Position numbers and translations under genes: made by a program
In this document: in pieces, positions 1 to 9,645 of the stretch
Layout of the letters: the number at the start of each line of letters is the position of its first letter
Position numbering within the stretch: position 1 is the stretch's first letter
Assembly (NCBI GenBank): GCA_026705295.1
Contig: JAPPBA010000136.1
Location: 961 to 64,960 of the forward strand
DNA length: 64,000 bases
Reading direction: 5' to 3'
DNA from: Candidatus Palauibacter australiensis
Lineage (GTDB): Bacteria; Gemmatimonadota; Gemmatimonadetes; Palauibacterales; Palauibacteraceae
Notes under the pieces: model-generated
The model's database searches: none
What the model was told of the DNA's origin: nothing
What the model saw: the letters and a program-made list of their open reading frames with translations, nothing else

Positions 1-141
1 GCTCCGGTTGAGCTTGAGACCACGATTCCCAGCGCCAGCCACGAGTTGCTCGATGTGGCCGCGGACCGCATCGCCGTCCTCCGCACGAGCGAACTCGGAG
101 AAGAGTTCGTCGAAGTATACGCCATTGATCTGCCCCGGTAG
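1..141 (+). CDS. 3' end of an unidentified protein (partial, enters from outside the window)
   Basis: Frame +1 is open from base 1 to TAG 139-141 (...ELLDVAADRIAVLRTSELGEEFVEVYAIDLPR*) with GC-rich third positions. The complementary frame is also open, so strand and reality are uncertain. Confidence 0.3.
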   Translation, partial: APVELETTIPSASHELLDVAADRIAVLRTSELGEEFVEVYAIDLPR

Positions 142-257
142 CGGCTGACGTCCGGAAGCATGACGAAATCCGCGCCGCCCATCCGAACACCGAGGATGGC
201 TTCGGAACGGCAAAGTTGTCGACGGCCCAAAGAGCTGGAACACAAGACGGGCGTCGT

Positions 258-2075
258 TCAGGACCCTCCGTCCGAGTTGGCGCCTGCGCTTCCGGTGGTG
301 AGTGCGACGACCTCGATGGCGGCCTCGCGCATCGTGACCGCTAGCGTGCGTCCGTCGGGGCTTACGCTCGGCTGGAGTGCGCCGAGGGCGCCGGTCGTCA
401 CCTGTCCGGTCGCGCCGGTAGAGATGTCCACCCTCCATACCTGGAAGGGCCCGACCCCGTCGTTGCGCGAGTAGAAGAGCGACATGCCGTCGGCGCTCCA
501 CTCGGGCGCGCTGTACGGTTCGCCATTAACAAAGGAGACCACGGCCGTGGGGGCTCCTCCTGCGGCCGGCACCGTGTAGACGGTGACGCGTCCGTCCTCG
601 AGCGAGCGTCCGTAGAAGGCCAGCCGCTCGCCGTCCGGCGAGAAACGGGCTCCCATGGCATAACCCTGGAACGCGTCGAGCGGGACTCGGACGGGGTCGG
701 CGACCGCGCGCCCCGTGGCGGGATCGACGGCGACCGTGTACACGGACCCCGGATTCCCCTCGAGCGGCGGGCCGTGGCTGCTGAAGGCGAGCGCCCGCCC
801 GTCCGGGCTCCAATCCGGCTCGCCGGTGTCCGCGCCCGGCCCGAAGTGCGTGAGTCGTGTGGGTCGCTCGCTCCCGCCGACCGGGACGAGCCAGATGTCG
901 TCGCTCTGCTCCATGTGCGAGTGGAAGGCGAGCCACCGGTCGTCGGGCGACCACGCGGCTCCGTAGTCTTCGCCCTCCTCCGAGAGGAGCGTTCGGGCGG
1001 TGCCGGCCGGGGCGCCCTGCGCATCGAGGTCAAGGACGCCGAGGTCGAAGTCGATGGGCATGCGGACGCGCCGCCAGGAGAAGGTGATGAATCCCAGCGC
1101 CCGCCCGCCGGGGTGCCAGGAGGGCAGAAAGGCGCTCGTGGAACCTGTCGTGGTCACGTCCGTGGGTTCCCCTCCGGTCACAGGCACGAGGCCCACCGCG
1201 GTGCGCGTATGGTACACGCTGAGGGCGACGCGCCCGTCGGCGAGCGGCGTGACCGCGAGCACGTCACGGCCGCTGTGCTCCAGCCGTTCGGTCGGGCCTC
1301 CGTCCACCGGCACGCGCCAGGCGACAAAGAGCGAGTCGTCGACCCCGGCTGCCGCGAGATGGAGCGACCGGTCCGTGGAGGACCACTCCACGCGGCGGTC
1401 CCATCCGAGCCGGAGGTCGGAGGCGAGCGTGCGCGTCTCGCCCGTCGCGATCTCCGTCACGGCGAGATCCGCGCGTCTACCCGCGGCGCGAAGGTATGCG
1501 ACGGAGCGCCCATCGGGCGATCGCACGGGCGCGACCCAGCCGCCGGCCCGGTCGACGACGACCGAGATTGCGCGCTCGACTCCCGGCGCATACGCGACCC
1601 ACGCGGTATCGGCGCCCGCGTAGCGAAGCGCCGTCACGGTCCCGTCGGCCAGCAATCTCGGATAGTCGATGCGGGCGTCGCCGGGGTCCACGATGCGCGA
1701 CTCCCGGCCGGTGATCGGGTCCAGCGTCCAGACTCCGTGACGGTCGGACTGGCGGTCGACGTACACGACGCGCGAACCGTCGGGCGACCAGGTCACCCGC
1801 GTCCGTCCCCCCGGCGTCCTCGTCAGCGCGCGGCCGACCCCCGTCGCCACGTCGTAGACCGTCAGCGATCGCTTGTCCGCGGCATAGTCGGCGAATACGA
1901 TTCGATCGCCGGCGGGCGACGGAATGCCCGGGTAGGCATCGTAGAGGTCCGTATGGACGTGTCGTGCGAGCACGACGCCCGAAGCGTCTCCGACGTCGCT
2001 TCCGCACGCCGCCGCCGTGAGGAGCGGCACTGCCGCGAGGCTGCGGCATCCGGCCGACAGACGCCGTCCCATCAT
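258..2075 (-). CDS. TolB-like / PD40 (WD40-like) beta-propeller repeat lipoprotein
   Basis: ORF 258..2396. I moved the start to ATGATG at 2075, giving MMGRRLSAGCRSLAAVPLLTAAACGSD (signal peptide plus lipobox). Repeated PD40-type motifs: WSPDGSR, RSPDGRS, WSPDDRW, WSPDGRA, FSPDGER, WSADGMS, VSPDGRT. Confidence 0.8.
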   Translation of the reverse strand: MMGRRLSAGCRSLAAVPLLTAAACGSDVGDASGVVLARHVHTDLYDAYPGIPSPAGDRIVFADYAADKRSLTVYDVATGVGRALTRTPGGRTRVTWSPDGSRVVYVDRQSDRHGVWTLDPITGRESRIVDPGDARIDYPRLLADGTVTALRYAGADTAWVAYAPGVERAISVVVDRAGGWVAPVRSPDGRSVAYLRAAGRRADLAVTEIATGETRTLASDLRLGWDRRVEWSSTDRSLHLAAAGVDDSLFVAWRVPVDGGPTERLEHSGRDVLAVTPLADGRVALSVYHTRTAVGLVPVTGGEPTDVTTTGSTSAFLPSWHPGGRALGFITFSWRRVRMPIDFDLGVLDLDAQGAPAGTARTLLSEEGEDYGAAWSPDDRWLAFHSHMEQSDDIWLVPVGGSERPTRLTHFGPGADTGEPDWSPDGRALAFSSHGPPLEGNPGSVYTVAVDPATGRAVADPVRVPLDAFQGYAMGARFSPDGERLAFYGRSLEDGRVTVYTVPAAGGAPTAVVSFVNGEPYSAPEWSADGMSLFYSRNDGVGPFQVWRVDISTGATGQVTTGALGALQPSVSPDGRTLAVTMREAAIEVVALTTGSAGANSDGGS

Positions 2076-2202
2076 TCCTGTCAGTGTCTTCTCAGTGTCT
2101 TCATCGCGCGAGGACGGTATTCGTCGTGCGTTACGACCGTCAATGGAGCCGAGGTGGGGTGTTTCATGTACCTTGCGCTGCACACCCGGAGCCCCACGTG
2201 CC

Positions 2203-2637
2203 ATGACCAGCAATCCAACGCCACCTGATGCGATCAACCGGACGATCGAGCTGGACGCCTCGCCCGCCCGTGTGTGGGTGGCGCTTGCCGACCCCGCCGG
2301 CCTGGGCTCGTGGTTCCCGGACCGGGTGGAGGGACTCGCGCCGCGAGAGGGGTCGCAGGGCTGGCTGGTGTGGGACAACCACGGGCGGTACGCCATCGCG
2401 ATCGAGTGGATAGAGGCCGGGCGCCGACTCGTGTGGCGCTGGGCCCGGCAGCCTGAGACCCCGCTCGAGGGCGGCTACACGACGGTCGTCGAATGGACGC
2501 TCACCGAACGCGAAGGCGGCGGGACGATCCTGCGCCTGGTCGAGAGCGGTTTCCGAACCGAGAGCGACCGCCAGGACAACGTCGCCGGCTGGGAACACGA
2601 ACTCGGCGAACTCGGCGACCACCTCGCGACCGCCTGA
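2203..2637 (+). CDS. SRPBCC / AHSA1-like (activator of Hsp90 ATPase homolog 1-like) domain protein
   Basis: Internal ATG at 2203 of ORF 2017..2637. Sequence INRTIELDASPARVWVALADPAGLGSWFPD...GGTILRLVESGF...AGWEHELGEL is typical of SRPBCC/AHSA1 family proteins. The upstream part of the ORF overlaps the divergent gene. Confidence 0.75.
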   Translation: MTSNPTPPDAINRTIELDASPARVWVALADPAGLGSWFPDRVEGLAPREGSQGWLVWDNHGRYAIAIEWIEAGRRLVWRWARQPETPLEGGYTTVVEWTLTEREGGGTILRLVESGFRTESDRQDNVAGWEHELGELGDHLATA

Positions 2638-2681
2638 CGGCGCAACCGGCTGACCCGGCTTCTCCTCTTATAGGGGGGGCC

Positions 2682-2710
2682 TTTACGGCGGGTGCATCTG
2701 GACCTATAAA
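2682..2710 (+). promoter_or_regulatory. candidate sigma70-type promoter for the SusC-like gene
   Basis: TTTACG (2682-2687), a 17-nt spacer, then TATAAA (2705-2710), in a locally AT-richer intergenic stretch about 75 nt upstream of ATG 2786. Pattern match only. Confidence 0.3.
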
Positions 2711-2785
2711 TCGTGGAACGAGTTTGGCGGAATCGGGAGCGGATCATTCGGTCGCTTCCATCCCCTCCAGCGCAAGGAGCGCCGA

Positions 2786-5700
2786 ATGAAACGATTTGCC
2801 TCTCGCACCATCGGTGCATGGGGAGTGGGCTTGGTTGCGCTCGCCTGCCTCGCGCCGGGCCTGAGTGGCCAGGCCGCGGGCAGCATCGCGGGCCGAGTGA
2901 CCGAAGAAGGCTCCCTCCGACCCCTTTCATCCGCGCAGGTGTTCATCGAAGGCACCGGCATCGGGACCTTCAGCAACGCCAGCGGAGACTTCGTGTTACT
3001 CAACGTACCCGCCGGCGAGCAGACGGTGGTCGTTCGCCTGGTCGGCTACCGTCAGGCCTCCGAGGCCGTGACCGTCACCGCCGGCTCGACCGCGACGCTC
3101 GACTTCGCCCTGAACGTCACCGCGGTCCAGATGGACGAGATCGTCGTGACGGGCACCGGTGTCGCGACCGAGAAACGCAGGCTCGGCCACACGATCGCGA
3201 CCCTGGACGCCGCGGAGCTCGAGAACGCGCCCATCTCCGACTTCAGCCAGCTCATCGCGGGCCGCGAACCCGGCGTGGTGGCGCTGCCCTCGTCGGGCTA
3301 CACGGGCGAAGGCGCACGCATCCGCATTCGCGGGTCCGCGTCGTTGTCGCAGCTTAACGAGCCCATCGTCTACGTGGACGGAATCCGCGTGGACCGCTCC
3401 GCCGTGCAGAACTTCAACGGGCAGGGGAACCCCTCCCGTCTCGACGACATCCCGCCCGAGTCCATCGAGCGCGTCGAGATCCTCAAGGGCGCCGCGGCCG
3501 CGACGCTGTACGGGACGGAGGCCTCGAACGGCGTGATCCAGATCTTCACGAAGCGCGGCACCATCGGGAGCCCGCGCTTCACGTTCCGGGGCGACCTGAC
3601 CGGGATCTCCGTGCCGACCAACCGCATCCTGCCGGTGGCCGACTTCGCCGGCCGGGTCTGCGGGAGTCCCGGCTGCACGGGAGACGGCGACGCCGAGCGG
3701 CTGTCGGACGCCGTCAACCTGATGTCGACGCGCTGGGGACAGCCCGTGTCGCCCTGGGAGCCGGTCGAGCGCGACCTGATCCCCGATCTGCTCACCACGG
3801 GATTCGGCCAGACGTACTCCGGATCGCTCCAGGGCGGATCGAGCGTGTTCCAGTACTTTGCCTCCGCGCGCCTCGCCACCGAGGACGGGCCGTACGACGC
3901 GGCGAGGAACTTCGAGGTGGCGGAGGGGCTGGACCCGGAGAACGACACCAACCGCCGCGCATCGATCCACACCAACTTCACGCTGATCCCGACCAGCGAT
4001 CTGCGCATCGGCGTTACGACGCTCTATTCGGACATGGCGCACCACACGCCCGACAACTCGAACAACATCTACGGCGTGTTCTCATCGGCGCTCATGTCGC
4101 AGCTGCGGCTCGCCAACGCCGACCCGGAACTCGGGCAGATCAACTACTACGGCCAGCCGGCGTTCGCGACGCTGCGCGAGAACGCCTACCAGCTGAACTT
4201 CGTGAACTCGCAGCACTTCGCGGGGTCCACGAACATCGACTTCTCGCCCACCGAAGCGTTCAACATCAACGGAACCTTCGGGATCGACTTCACCTCCGAC
4301 GACGCGGTGAGTTTCCGCCCCTATCGGTGGAACGTGGACGGCTTCTCGGGCTCGACCCCGGACGGGAGCCGAAACGTCCAGGAGAACCGTAGCCGCGAGC
4401 TTACGGCCGACGTCAAGGGATCGTACGTCTTCAGCACCAGCCGGATCGAGCACACGCTGCTGTTCGGCGGCCAGGGGTTCCTGCGCCAGGCGCAGTCGGC
4501 GGGTGGGCAGGGACGCGACTTCCCCGGTCCCGGCCTGGAGACGCTTTCGGCGCTGGGTTCCGAGAACTCGTTCGAAAACTGGCTCCGGGTGACGCAGCTC
4601 GGCGGGTACGTGCAGGATCAGCTCGCTTGGGACAACTGGCTCTTCCTGACCGTGGGCGCTCGCTGGGATGCCAACTCGGCGTTCGGTGAGGCGTTCAACA
4701 CGGCCTTCTACCCGAAGGCCAACTTCGCGATCGTCCCGAGCGAACAGTGGGACAGCGAGGTCTTCTCGTCGATGCGGATCAAGGGGGCCTACGGCACGTC
4801 CGGGCTGCAGCCGGGCGCCTTCGACAAGTTCACGACCTTCTCGTCGCTGGGCACCGAGGTGGGTCCCGGCGTCCAGCCGTCGAATCTCGGCAACGAGCAG
4901 TTGAAGCCCGAGGTGTCCACGGAGCTGGAGTTCGGGATCGACCTGGGTCTGTTCAACGACCGGTGGTCGGTCGAGGCGACCTATTGGGATCGGGTGGTCA
5001 CCGACGCCATGGTCGCGCGCCAGTTCCCGGTCACGGGCGGGTTCACGCAGACCCAGCTCGACAACATCGGCGAGGTGTCGGCGCACGGCGTCGAGTTCGG
5101 TATCCGCGGCAACCTGATCCAGGCGCGGGATATCTCGCTCAACGTCTTCGCGAACACGGCCTTCCTGTCCGAGAAGATCACGGACATGGGCGGAGCGCCT
5201 CCGCTGAAGACCGGCGGCAGCTACCCGCGCTACCGCAACTACCTGGTCGAAGGATTCACGCCGGGCGCCTTCTTCGGCGCGAAGGTCGCCGATGTCGCGA
5301 TCCCGCTGAACATCCTCGATCCGGTCGACGGCCAGTGCGTCGTGCCGACGCGCGATCAGGCGCTCGCGTACTTCAGTCAGCCGCGCAATCCCAACAGCTT
5401 CAAGCCGCTGGCGATCGGCAACGAGGACTTCGGAGTGCCCAACGGAGAGTTGGCGTCGCATAACTGCGGGGCGGGATTGCTCGATACGCACCTCGGCAAC
5501 CCCACTCCGGACTTCGCGGGCTCCTTCGGCTTCGACCTCGCGTTCCTGGGCAACTTCCAGTTGACGACGCTCATGGAGTACAAGATCGGTCACCAGGTGC
5601 AGGATCTCTCGGGCATGTTCCGGCGCGCCAACAACTTCATCGGGCGCAACACGCCGCGCTCCGCCGAACTGTACGCCACGATGCTGAACCCCGGTTCGTC

Positions 5701-6058
5701 GGCGGATGAGCGGCTCGATGCGGCGGTCGCGTGGGCGCATGAGGTCGAGGGCCTCTCGCCGATGAGCGGCATGAACGGGATCTACGACGCCGACTGGATC
5801 CAGTGGCGCGAGCTGTCGCTCAGCTACCGGGTGCCGGCCACGTTCGTCCAGCGCTGGGGCTTCTCGGCCGCTACGGTGAACATGGGCGTGCGCAACCTGC
5901 TGCTCTTCATGATGGGCGACTACCCCGGCATGGACCCGGAGGGCAACGTCCTCGGGCGCTGCAACGAAGGCCTCAACTGCAACTTCCTGAATTCGACGGA
6001 AGGCTGGGGCATTCCGGTGCCGCGGCGCTTCACGATGTCCGTGCGCGTCACTTTCTAG
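2786..6058 (+). CDS. SusC/RagA-family TonB-dependent outer-membrane receptor with N-terminal CarboxypepD_reg domain
   Basis: 1090 aa with a signal peptide. Carboxypeptidase-regulatory-like domain (IAGRVTEEGSLRPLSSAQVFIEGTGIGTFSNASGDFVLLNVPAGEQTVVVRLVGYR). Plug region (DEIVVTGTG...IERVEILKGAAAATLYGTEASNGVIQIFTKRG). Terminal aromatic (...MSVRVTF). Immediately followed by a SusD-like gene. Confidence 0.9.
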   Translation: MKRFASRTIGAWGVGLVALACLAPGLSGQAAGSIAGRVTEEGSLRPLSSAQVFIEGTGIGTFSNASGDFVLLNVPAGEQTVVVRLVGYRQASEAVTVTAGSTATLDFALNVTAVQMDEIVVTGTGVATEKRRLGHTIATLDAAELENAPISDFSQLIAGREPGVVALPSSGYTGEGARIRIRGSASLSQLNEPIVYVDGIRVDRSAVQNFNGQGNPSRLDDIPPESIERVEILKGAAAATLYGTEASNGVIQIFTKRGTIGSPRFTFRGDLTGISVPTNRILPVADFAGRVCGSPGCTGDGDAERLSDAVNLMSTRWGQPVSPWEPVERDLIPDLLTTGFGQTYSGSLQGGSSVFQYFASARLATEDGPYDAARNFEVAEGLDPENDTNRRASIHTNFTLIPTSDLRIGVTTLYSDMAHHTPDNSNNIYGVFSSALMSQLRLANADPELGQINYYGQPAFATLRENAYQLNFVNSQHFAGSTNIDFSPTEAFNINGTFGIDFTSDDAVSFRPYRWNVDGFSGSTPDGSRNVQENRSRELTADVKGSYVFSTSRIEHTLLFGGQGFLRQAQSAGGQGRDFPGPGLETLSALGSENSFENWLRVTQLGGYVQDQLAWDNWLFLTVGARWDANSAFGEAFNTAFYPKANFAIVPSEQWDSEVFSSMRIKGAYGTSGLQPGAFDKFTTFSSLGTEVGPGVQPSNLGNEQLKPEVSTELEFGIDLGLFNDRWSVEATYWDRVVTDAMVARQFPVTGGFTQTQLDNIGEVSAHGVEFGIRGNLIQARDISLNVFANTAFLSEKITDMGGAPPLKTGGSYPRYRNYLVEGFTPGAFFGAKVADVAIPLNILDPVDGQCVVPTRDQALAYFSQPRNPNSFKPLAIGNEDFGVPNGELASHNCGAGLLDTHLGNPTPDFAGSFGFDLAFLGNFQLTTLMEYKIGHQVQDLSGMFRRANNFIGRNTPRSAELYATMLNPGSSADERLDAAVAWAHEVEGLSPMSGMNGIYDADWIQWRELSLSYRVPATFVQRWGFSAATVNMGVRNLLLFMMGDYPGMDPEGNVLGRCNEGLNCNFLNSTEGWGIPVPRRFTMSVRVTF

Positions 6059-6080
6059 ATCCAAGCGGGAGAACCATACC

Positions 6081-7412
6081 ATGAGGAATCGAAACATGAA
6101 GGCCTGGTTGGCCACGCCTCTCCTGGCCGCTTTCACGCTTGGGTGCGGCGATCTGCTGGACGTCAACAACCCCAACGACCTGGTCGAGGAGGACATCCGC
6201 AAGGAAGCGGCGGCGGCCGCCGTGGTGAACGGAACGCTCACGCTCGTTTCGTCGTCCGTCTCACAATCCTGGCAGCCGTACCTGGTGGCGTCCGACGAGA
6301 TGCGCTGGATCGGCTCCAGGGATGCCTGGCTCTCGCTCGATCTCGGATTCGTGGATGATCCGCTGAACGAGTTCATCGATGGCCCGTTCCCGGCCATGGG
6401 ACAGGCCCGGTGGATGAGCGACGAAGCCATCGAGATCCTGCAGGAGCATCACGGCAACAACCCATCCACCTCGATCAAGACGGATCTGGCGCGCGCGTAC
6501 ATGTACTCCGGCATCATCTACATGGTGATCGGAGAGATCCAGGAGGACTACGCGTTCTCCGACAAGACGGAGAGCGGACCTCCGGTCGGGCCGGCAAACA
6601 TGGGTCAGGTCCTGGACGGCGCGATCGACAAGTTCTCTTCGGCCATCGCCGGCTTCAACGAGGTAGGGGCCACCGACATGGCGACGCAGGCCAGGGCGCT
6701 CCGCGCCCGCGCCAGACAGTCCCGCGCGATATGGGATGCGATCAACCCGTCGCCATCCGGCAACGGGCTGGTGTCTTCGGCCGACGCCGGCATGGACGCA
6801 AGCGCGGTTCTGGCGACCGTCCAGCCGGACTGGACGCACAACCTGACGTTCTCCGCCGCCAGCGTAACCAACTCGATGGCGTCCTGGGTCAACGACCGCA
6901 AGGAGAACCAGATCGACCTCTCGATCGCCACGGTCGACGACCAGAACGACATCAACGGCATCGCGCTCCAGGACCCCATCGATAACGTCGACGATCCGGC
7001 CGTCATCAAGTGGCTGAATCAGTGGAAGGGCGGCAGCTATCTCGACAAGGGCGGGGTCTATCCGCCCTTGACGCTCGCCTCGGCCCGGATGATGCACCTG
7101 ATTCTGGCCGAAAACGCGTTGGCGGGCGGGGATTCCAACGGCTTCGCCATGCACATCAATCACATCCGCGCGCTGGACGACCTGACGCCGTACTCGGGTC
7201 AGATCTCCGAGATGGAGATGCTCCAGCATACGCGCCGGGTGAACGTGCTGCTGCAGGGCCTGCGCCTGGCGGACATGTACAGGTGGGGACTCACCGATCC
7301 CAAGTGGCAGGGCGCCGCCGCCGCGTCCAATGCGCCGGGCACGATGCTCCCGATTTCGATCATCGAGCTGCGGGCGAACTGCCACCTGAACGGACTGGGT
7401 TGCGGAGGTTGA
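6081..7412 (+). CDS. SusD/RagB-family nutrient-binding outer-membrane lipoprotein
   Basis: 443 aa with lipobox LLAAFTLGCGD. Position directly downstream of the SusC-like gene. Helical TPR-like composition and a conserved-looking C-terminal RLADMYRWG motif typical of SusD-like proteins. Confidence 0.75.
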   Translation: MRNRNMKAWLATPLLAAFTLGCGDLLDVNNPNDLVEEDIRKEAAAAAVVNGTLTLVSSSVSQSWQPYLVASDEMRWIGSRDAWLSLDLGFVDDPLNEFIDGPFPAMGQARWMSDEAIEILQEHHGNNPSTSIKTDLARAYMYSGIIYMVIGEIQEDYAFSDKTESGPPVGPANMGQVLDGAIDKFSSAIAGFNEVGATDMATQARALRARARQSRAIWDAINPSPSGNGLVSSADAGMDASAVLATVQPDWTHNLTFSAASVTNSMASWVNDRKENQIDLSIATVDDQNDINGIALQDPIDNVDDPAVIKWLNQWKGGSYLDKGGVYPPLTLASARMMHLILAENALAGGDSNGFAMHINHIRALDDLTPYSGQISEMEMLQHTRRVNVLLQGLRLADMYRWGLTDPKWQGAAAASNAPGTMLPISIIELRANCHLNGLGCGG

Positions 7413-7888
7413 GGTCAGGGGGGAGGCGGCGGTTCGCACCCGCCGCCTCTGCCGCCCCCTACGTTCGACTGCCGCTCCTGCTGGCCGCGATCGCCCTTGG
7501 CGGGTGTTCGGAGATTTTCGATGACCCGACGCCCGAGAACATCTATTTCGAGATGCGGGGCGAGGCGGGCGACCGGGTCCGGGCGATCTACTCCACCCAG
7601 TTCGTGGCCGGCCTCAACGAGTTTGGGGTGACGCGGGTGCAGGTGGCCCGGGCCGACACGGTGATTCACGAAATCCCCTTCCAGAGAACGATGAATATCT
7701 CCATCGATCGGCGCTGGCTCGTCCAGGCGGAGTCCCTGGATGGGGATACTCTCTCCGTCCGCGTCATCGTGAACGTCGACGACCGTGGTCTCGTGGACGA
7801 ATCCGGCGGGATATTCCCCGACGAACCGTGGCACTTCGTCTACTCGTTCAACCAACTCCTGACGCGAGACCTCGATGTTGCGTTCTGA
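7409..7888 (+). CDS. hypothetical lipoprotein (start uncertain)
   Basis: Frame of ORF 7010..7888. There is no ATG after the SusD stop. TTG at 7409 (or 7400) overlaps the SusD stop and gives M-RSGGRRRFAPAASAAPYVRLPLLLAAIALGGCSE (n-region plus lipobox). No family recognised. Confidence 0.5.
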   Translation: MRSGGRRRFAPAASAAPYVRLPLLLAAIALGGCSEIFDDPTPENIYFEMRGEAGDRVRAIYSTQFVAGLNEFGVTRVQVARADTVIHEIPFQRTMNISIDRRWLVQAESLDGDTLSVRVIVNVDDRGLVDESGGIFPDEPWHFVYSFNQLLTRDLDVAF

Positions 7889-8435
7889 TCTCTTGCCGAG
7901 CGCTAGAGCGCGGCGACATTGGCTCGTCGCTTTGCTCGGGGTCGTGCTCACCGCGCCGGGTTGCTACTCCTACCGACTTGTCGACGACGCGCCCGTCGGC
8001 GCGGTGGCCAGGCTGCGCGTGCCGATCCAGTCCGCGATCGTCGATCCCAACTCGCCTACCGGGACGGTCGCGGTCGAGGGTAAGGTCATCAGCGTGGGAG
8101 ACACGATCGAGTTTGAAGCGAGCACGCGGCACACTCTCGGCCTGTTCCAGGACGTCGTGCAGTACGACACGCTTCGCGTGGCCCGGGACGGTGTGACGAG
8201 CATCGAGGTGCGCGAATTCTCGACGACGAAGAGCGTCCTGCTCGGGGCCGGGATCGCGGCCGGAACGGCGGCCCTGGCTGCCGCCGCGGCGGGGGTCGGG
8301 GGAGGCGACGCCGGCGACGCGCCGGGCACGGACCCGCCACAGACGTCCACGACGGTGGGCGTTTCCGTACCGGTGAGCGCGATCGGACGATGGTTCGGGC
8401 GCGCGATACCCTCCCTCCTGGGGATGAGGCGCTGA
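7875..8435 (+). CDS. hypothetical lipoprotein with C-terminal Gly/Ala-rich hydrophobic segment
   Basis: 186 aa. MLRSDLLPSARARRHWLVALLGVVLTAPGCYSY (lipobox). Overlaps the preceding gene by 14 nt. C-terminal LLGAGIAAGTAALAAAAAGVGGG looks like a transmembrane segment. Confidence 0.55.
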   Translation: MLRSDLLPSARARRHWLVALLGVVLTAPGCYSYRLVDDAPVGAVARLRVPIQSAIVDPNSPTGTVAVEGKVISVGDTIEFEASTRHTLGLFQDVVQYDTLRVARDGVTSIEVREFSTTKSVLLGAGIAAGTAALAAAAAGVGGGDAGDAPGTDPPQTSTTVGVSVPVSAIGRWFGRAIPSLLGMRR

Positions 8436-8478
8436 CGGACCCGGTGGGTCGCGGCGCGCGCTACGTCGCGTCGCTACA

Positions 8479-9645
8479 CTAGGACTTCGGGATCTCCTTG
8501 CGGGGATCCACGAAGGGCCGGGGCACCACCGTGGCGTTCCGCTCTCCGTTAGGCGTCGTCACGCTCAACCGTGAGCCCATCTCTCCGTAGGCGGTCGGTA
8601 CGAAGGCGTAACCGATGTTCTTCCCGAGACGCGGCGAATACACGGCGGACGTGACGAATCCGATCGCGCCGCCCTCCCCGTTCACGCCTCCGCCTGCGCG
8701 CACGGGCCAGCGGTGCATGTTCAAGTCGAGCGGCGCGCCGGAGATTTCGATGCCGGCGAGGAGCCGCCGGGGCCCCTCTTCGGCGATCCGGGCCAGCGCC
8801 TCGCGGCCGATGAAGTCGCCCTCCTGATCGAAGTCGACCTGCCATCCGAGCCCGACCTCCCAGGGGTTCGTGTCCAGCGTCATGTCGATGCCGTAGTTGA
8901 GGATGCCGGCTTCGATGCGGCGGATGTCCGACGGACCGGTGGGAGAGATGCCCAGGTCGCGGCCCGCCTCCAGCACGCGGTCCCAGAGTTCGACCCCCCG
9001 GCTTCCGTCCCTCAGGTAGATCTCGTAGCCGACCTCGCCGCTCCACCCCGTGCGAGTCACGACCACCGGGATCCCGTCCACATCCGTCTCCAGGAACCAG
9101 TAGTAGCGGAGCTTCAGGACGTCTTCCCCGAAGAGCCTGCGCACGACCTCCTTCGACTTCGGGCCCTGCACCTGCATGGGCGAGACGTCCGGCTCGCAGA
9201 TCTCGACGTCGAGGCCGGCGTTGAGCGCGACCCCCTTCGCGTACAGCAGCACGTCGCTGTCCGCCAGCGCGAGCCAGAAGTGGTTCTCGCCCAGGCGCAG
9301 CAGCACGGGGTCGTTCACGATGCCCCCGTCCTCGGCGCCGATGAGGACGTACTTGCCCTGCCCGACGGCGCACTTCGAGAGGTCGCGGGGCGTGAGCAGG
9401 TTCGTGAACTCGAAGGCGTCCGGCCCGGTGATCTCCACCTGCCGCTCGACGCTCACGTCCCACACCGTGACGCCGGTCAGGAGCTTCTCGTACTCCGCGT
9501 GCAGGTCGTCATAGCGCGTCGGGAGGAACATGTGGTTGTAGACCGTATAACTCCGGCATCCATCGCGGAGGGTGGCCTCGAAGTACGGCGAGCGGCGGAG
9601 CCGGGCCCCGCGCTGAATCAAGGCCATGTCAAAGGTCTCGGTCAT
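8479..9645 (-). CDS. aminomethyltransferase family protein (glycine cleavage T-protein / DmdA-like fold)
   Basis: 388 aa. N-terminus RRSPYFEATL...YNHMFLPTRY...VWDVSVERQVEITGPDA and overall length match the GcvT/aminomethyltransferase family. The exact substrate cannot be told from sequence by eye. Confidence 0.8.
   Translation of the reverse strand: MTETFDMALIQRGARLRRSPYFEATLRDGCRSYTVYNHMFLPTRYDDLHAEYEKLLTGVTVWDVSVERQVEITGPDAFEFTNLLTPRDLSKCAVGQGKYVLIGAEDGGIVNDPVLLRLGENHFWLALADSDVLLYAKGVALNAGLDVEICEPDVSPMQVQGPKSKEVVRRLFGEDVLKLRYYWFLETDVDGIPVVVTRTGWSGEVGYEIYLRDGSRGVELWDRVLEAGRDLGISPTGPSDIRRIEAGILNYGIDMTLDTNPWEVGLGWQVDFDQEGDFIGREALARIAEEGPRRLLAGIEISGAPLDLNMHRWPVRAGGGVNGEGGAIGFVTSAVYSPRLGKNIGYAFVPTAYGEMGSRLSVTTPNGERNATVVPRPFVDPRKEIPKS

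Noticed and set aside
142-257. Minus-strand continuation that would make bases 1..243 the start of a gene downstream of the TolB-like gene
   Set aside because: The only in-frame starts (GTG 243, TTG 213) give an implausible N-terminus (VFQLFGPSTTLPFRSHPRCSDGRRGFRH...). I kept the plus-strand C-terminal fragment as the weakly preferred reading.
774-2228. 484-aa plus-strand ORF (and several nested ORFs) overlapping the TolB-like gene
   Set aside because: It is antisense to a gene with clear PD40 repeats. The translation is Arg/Gly/Pro/Ala-rich low-complexity sequence, typical of shadow frames in high-GC DNA, with no recognisable motifs.
4082-6430. 782-aa minus-strand ORF across the SusC/SusD genes
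   Set aside because: It is antisense to two well-supported genes. The composition (R, E, V, A, D runs) and lack of motifs indicate a shadow ORF.
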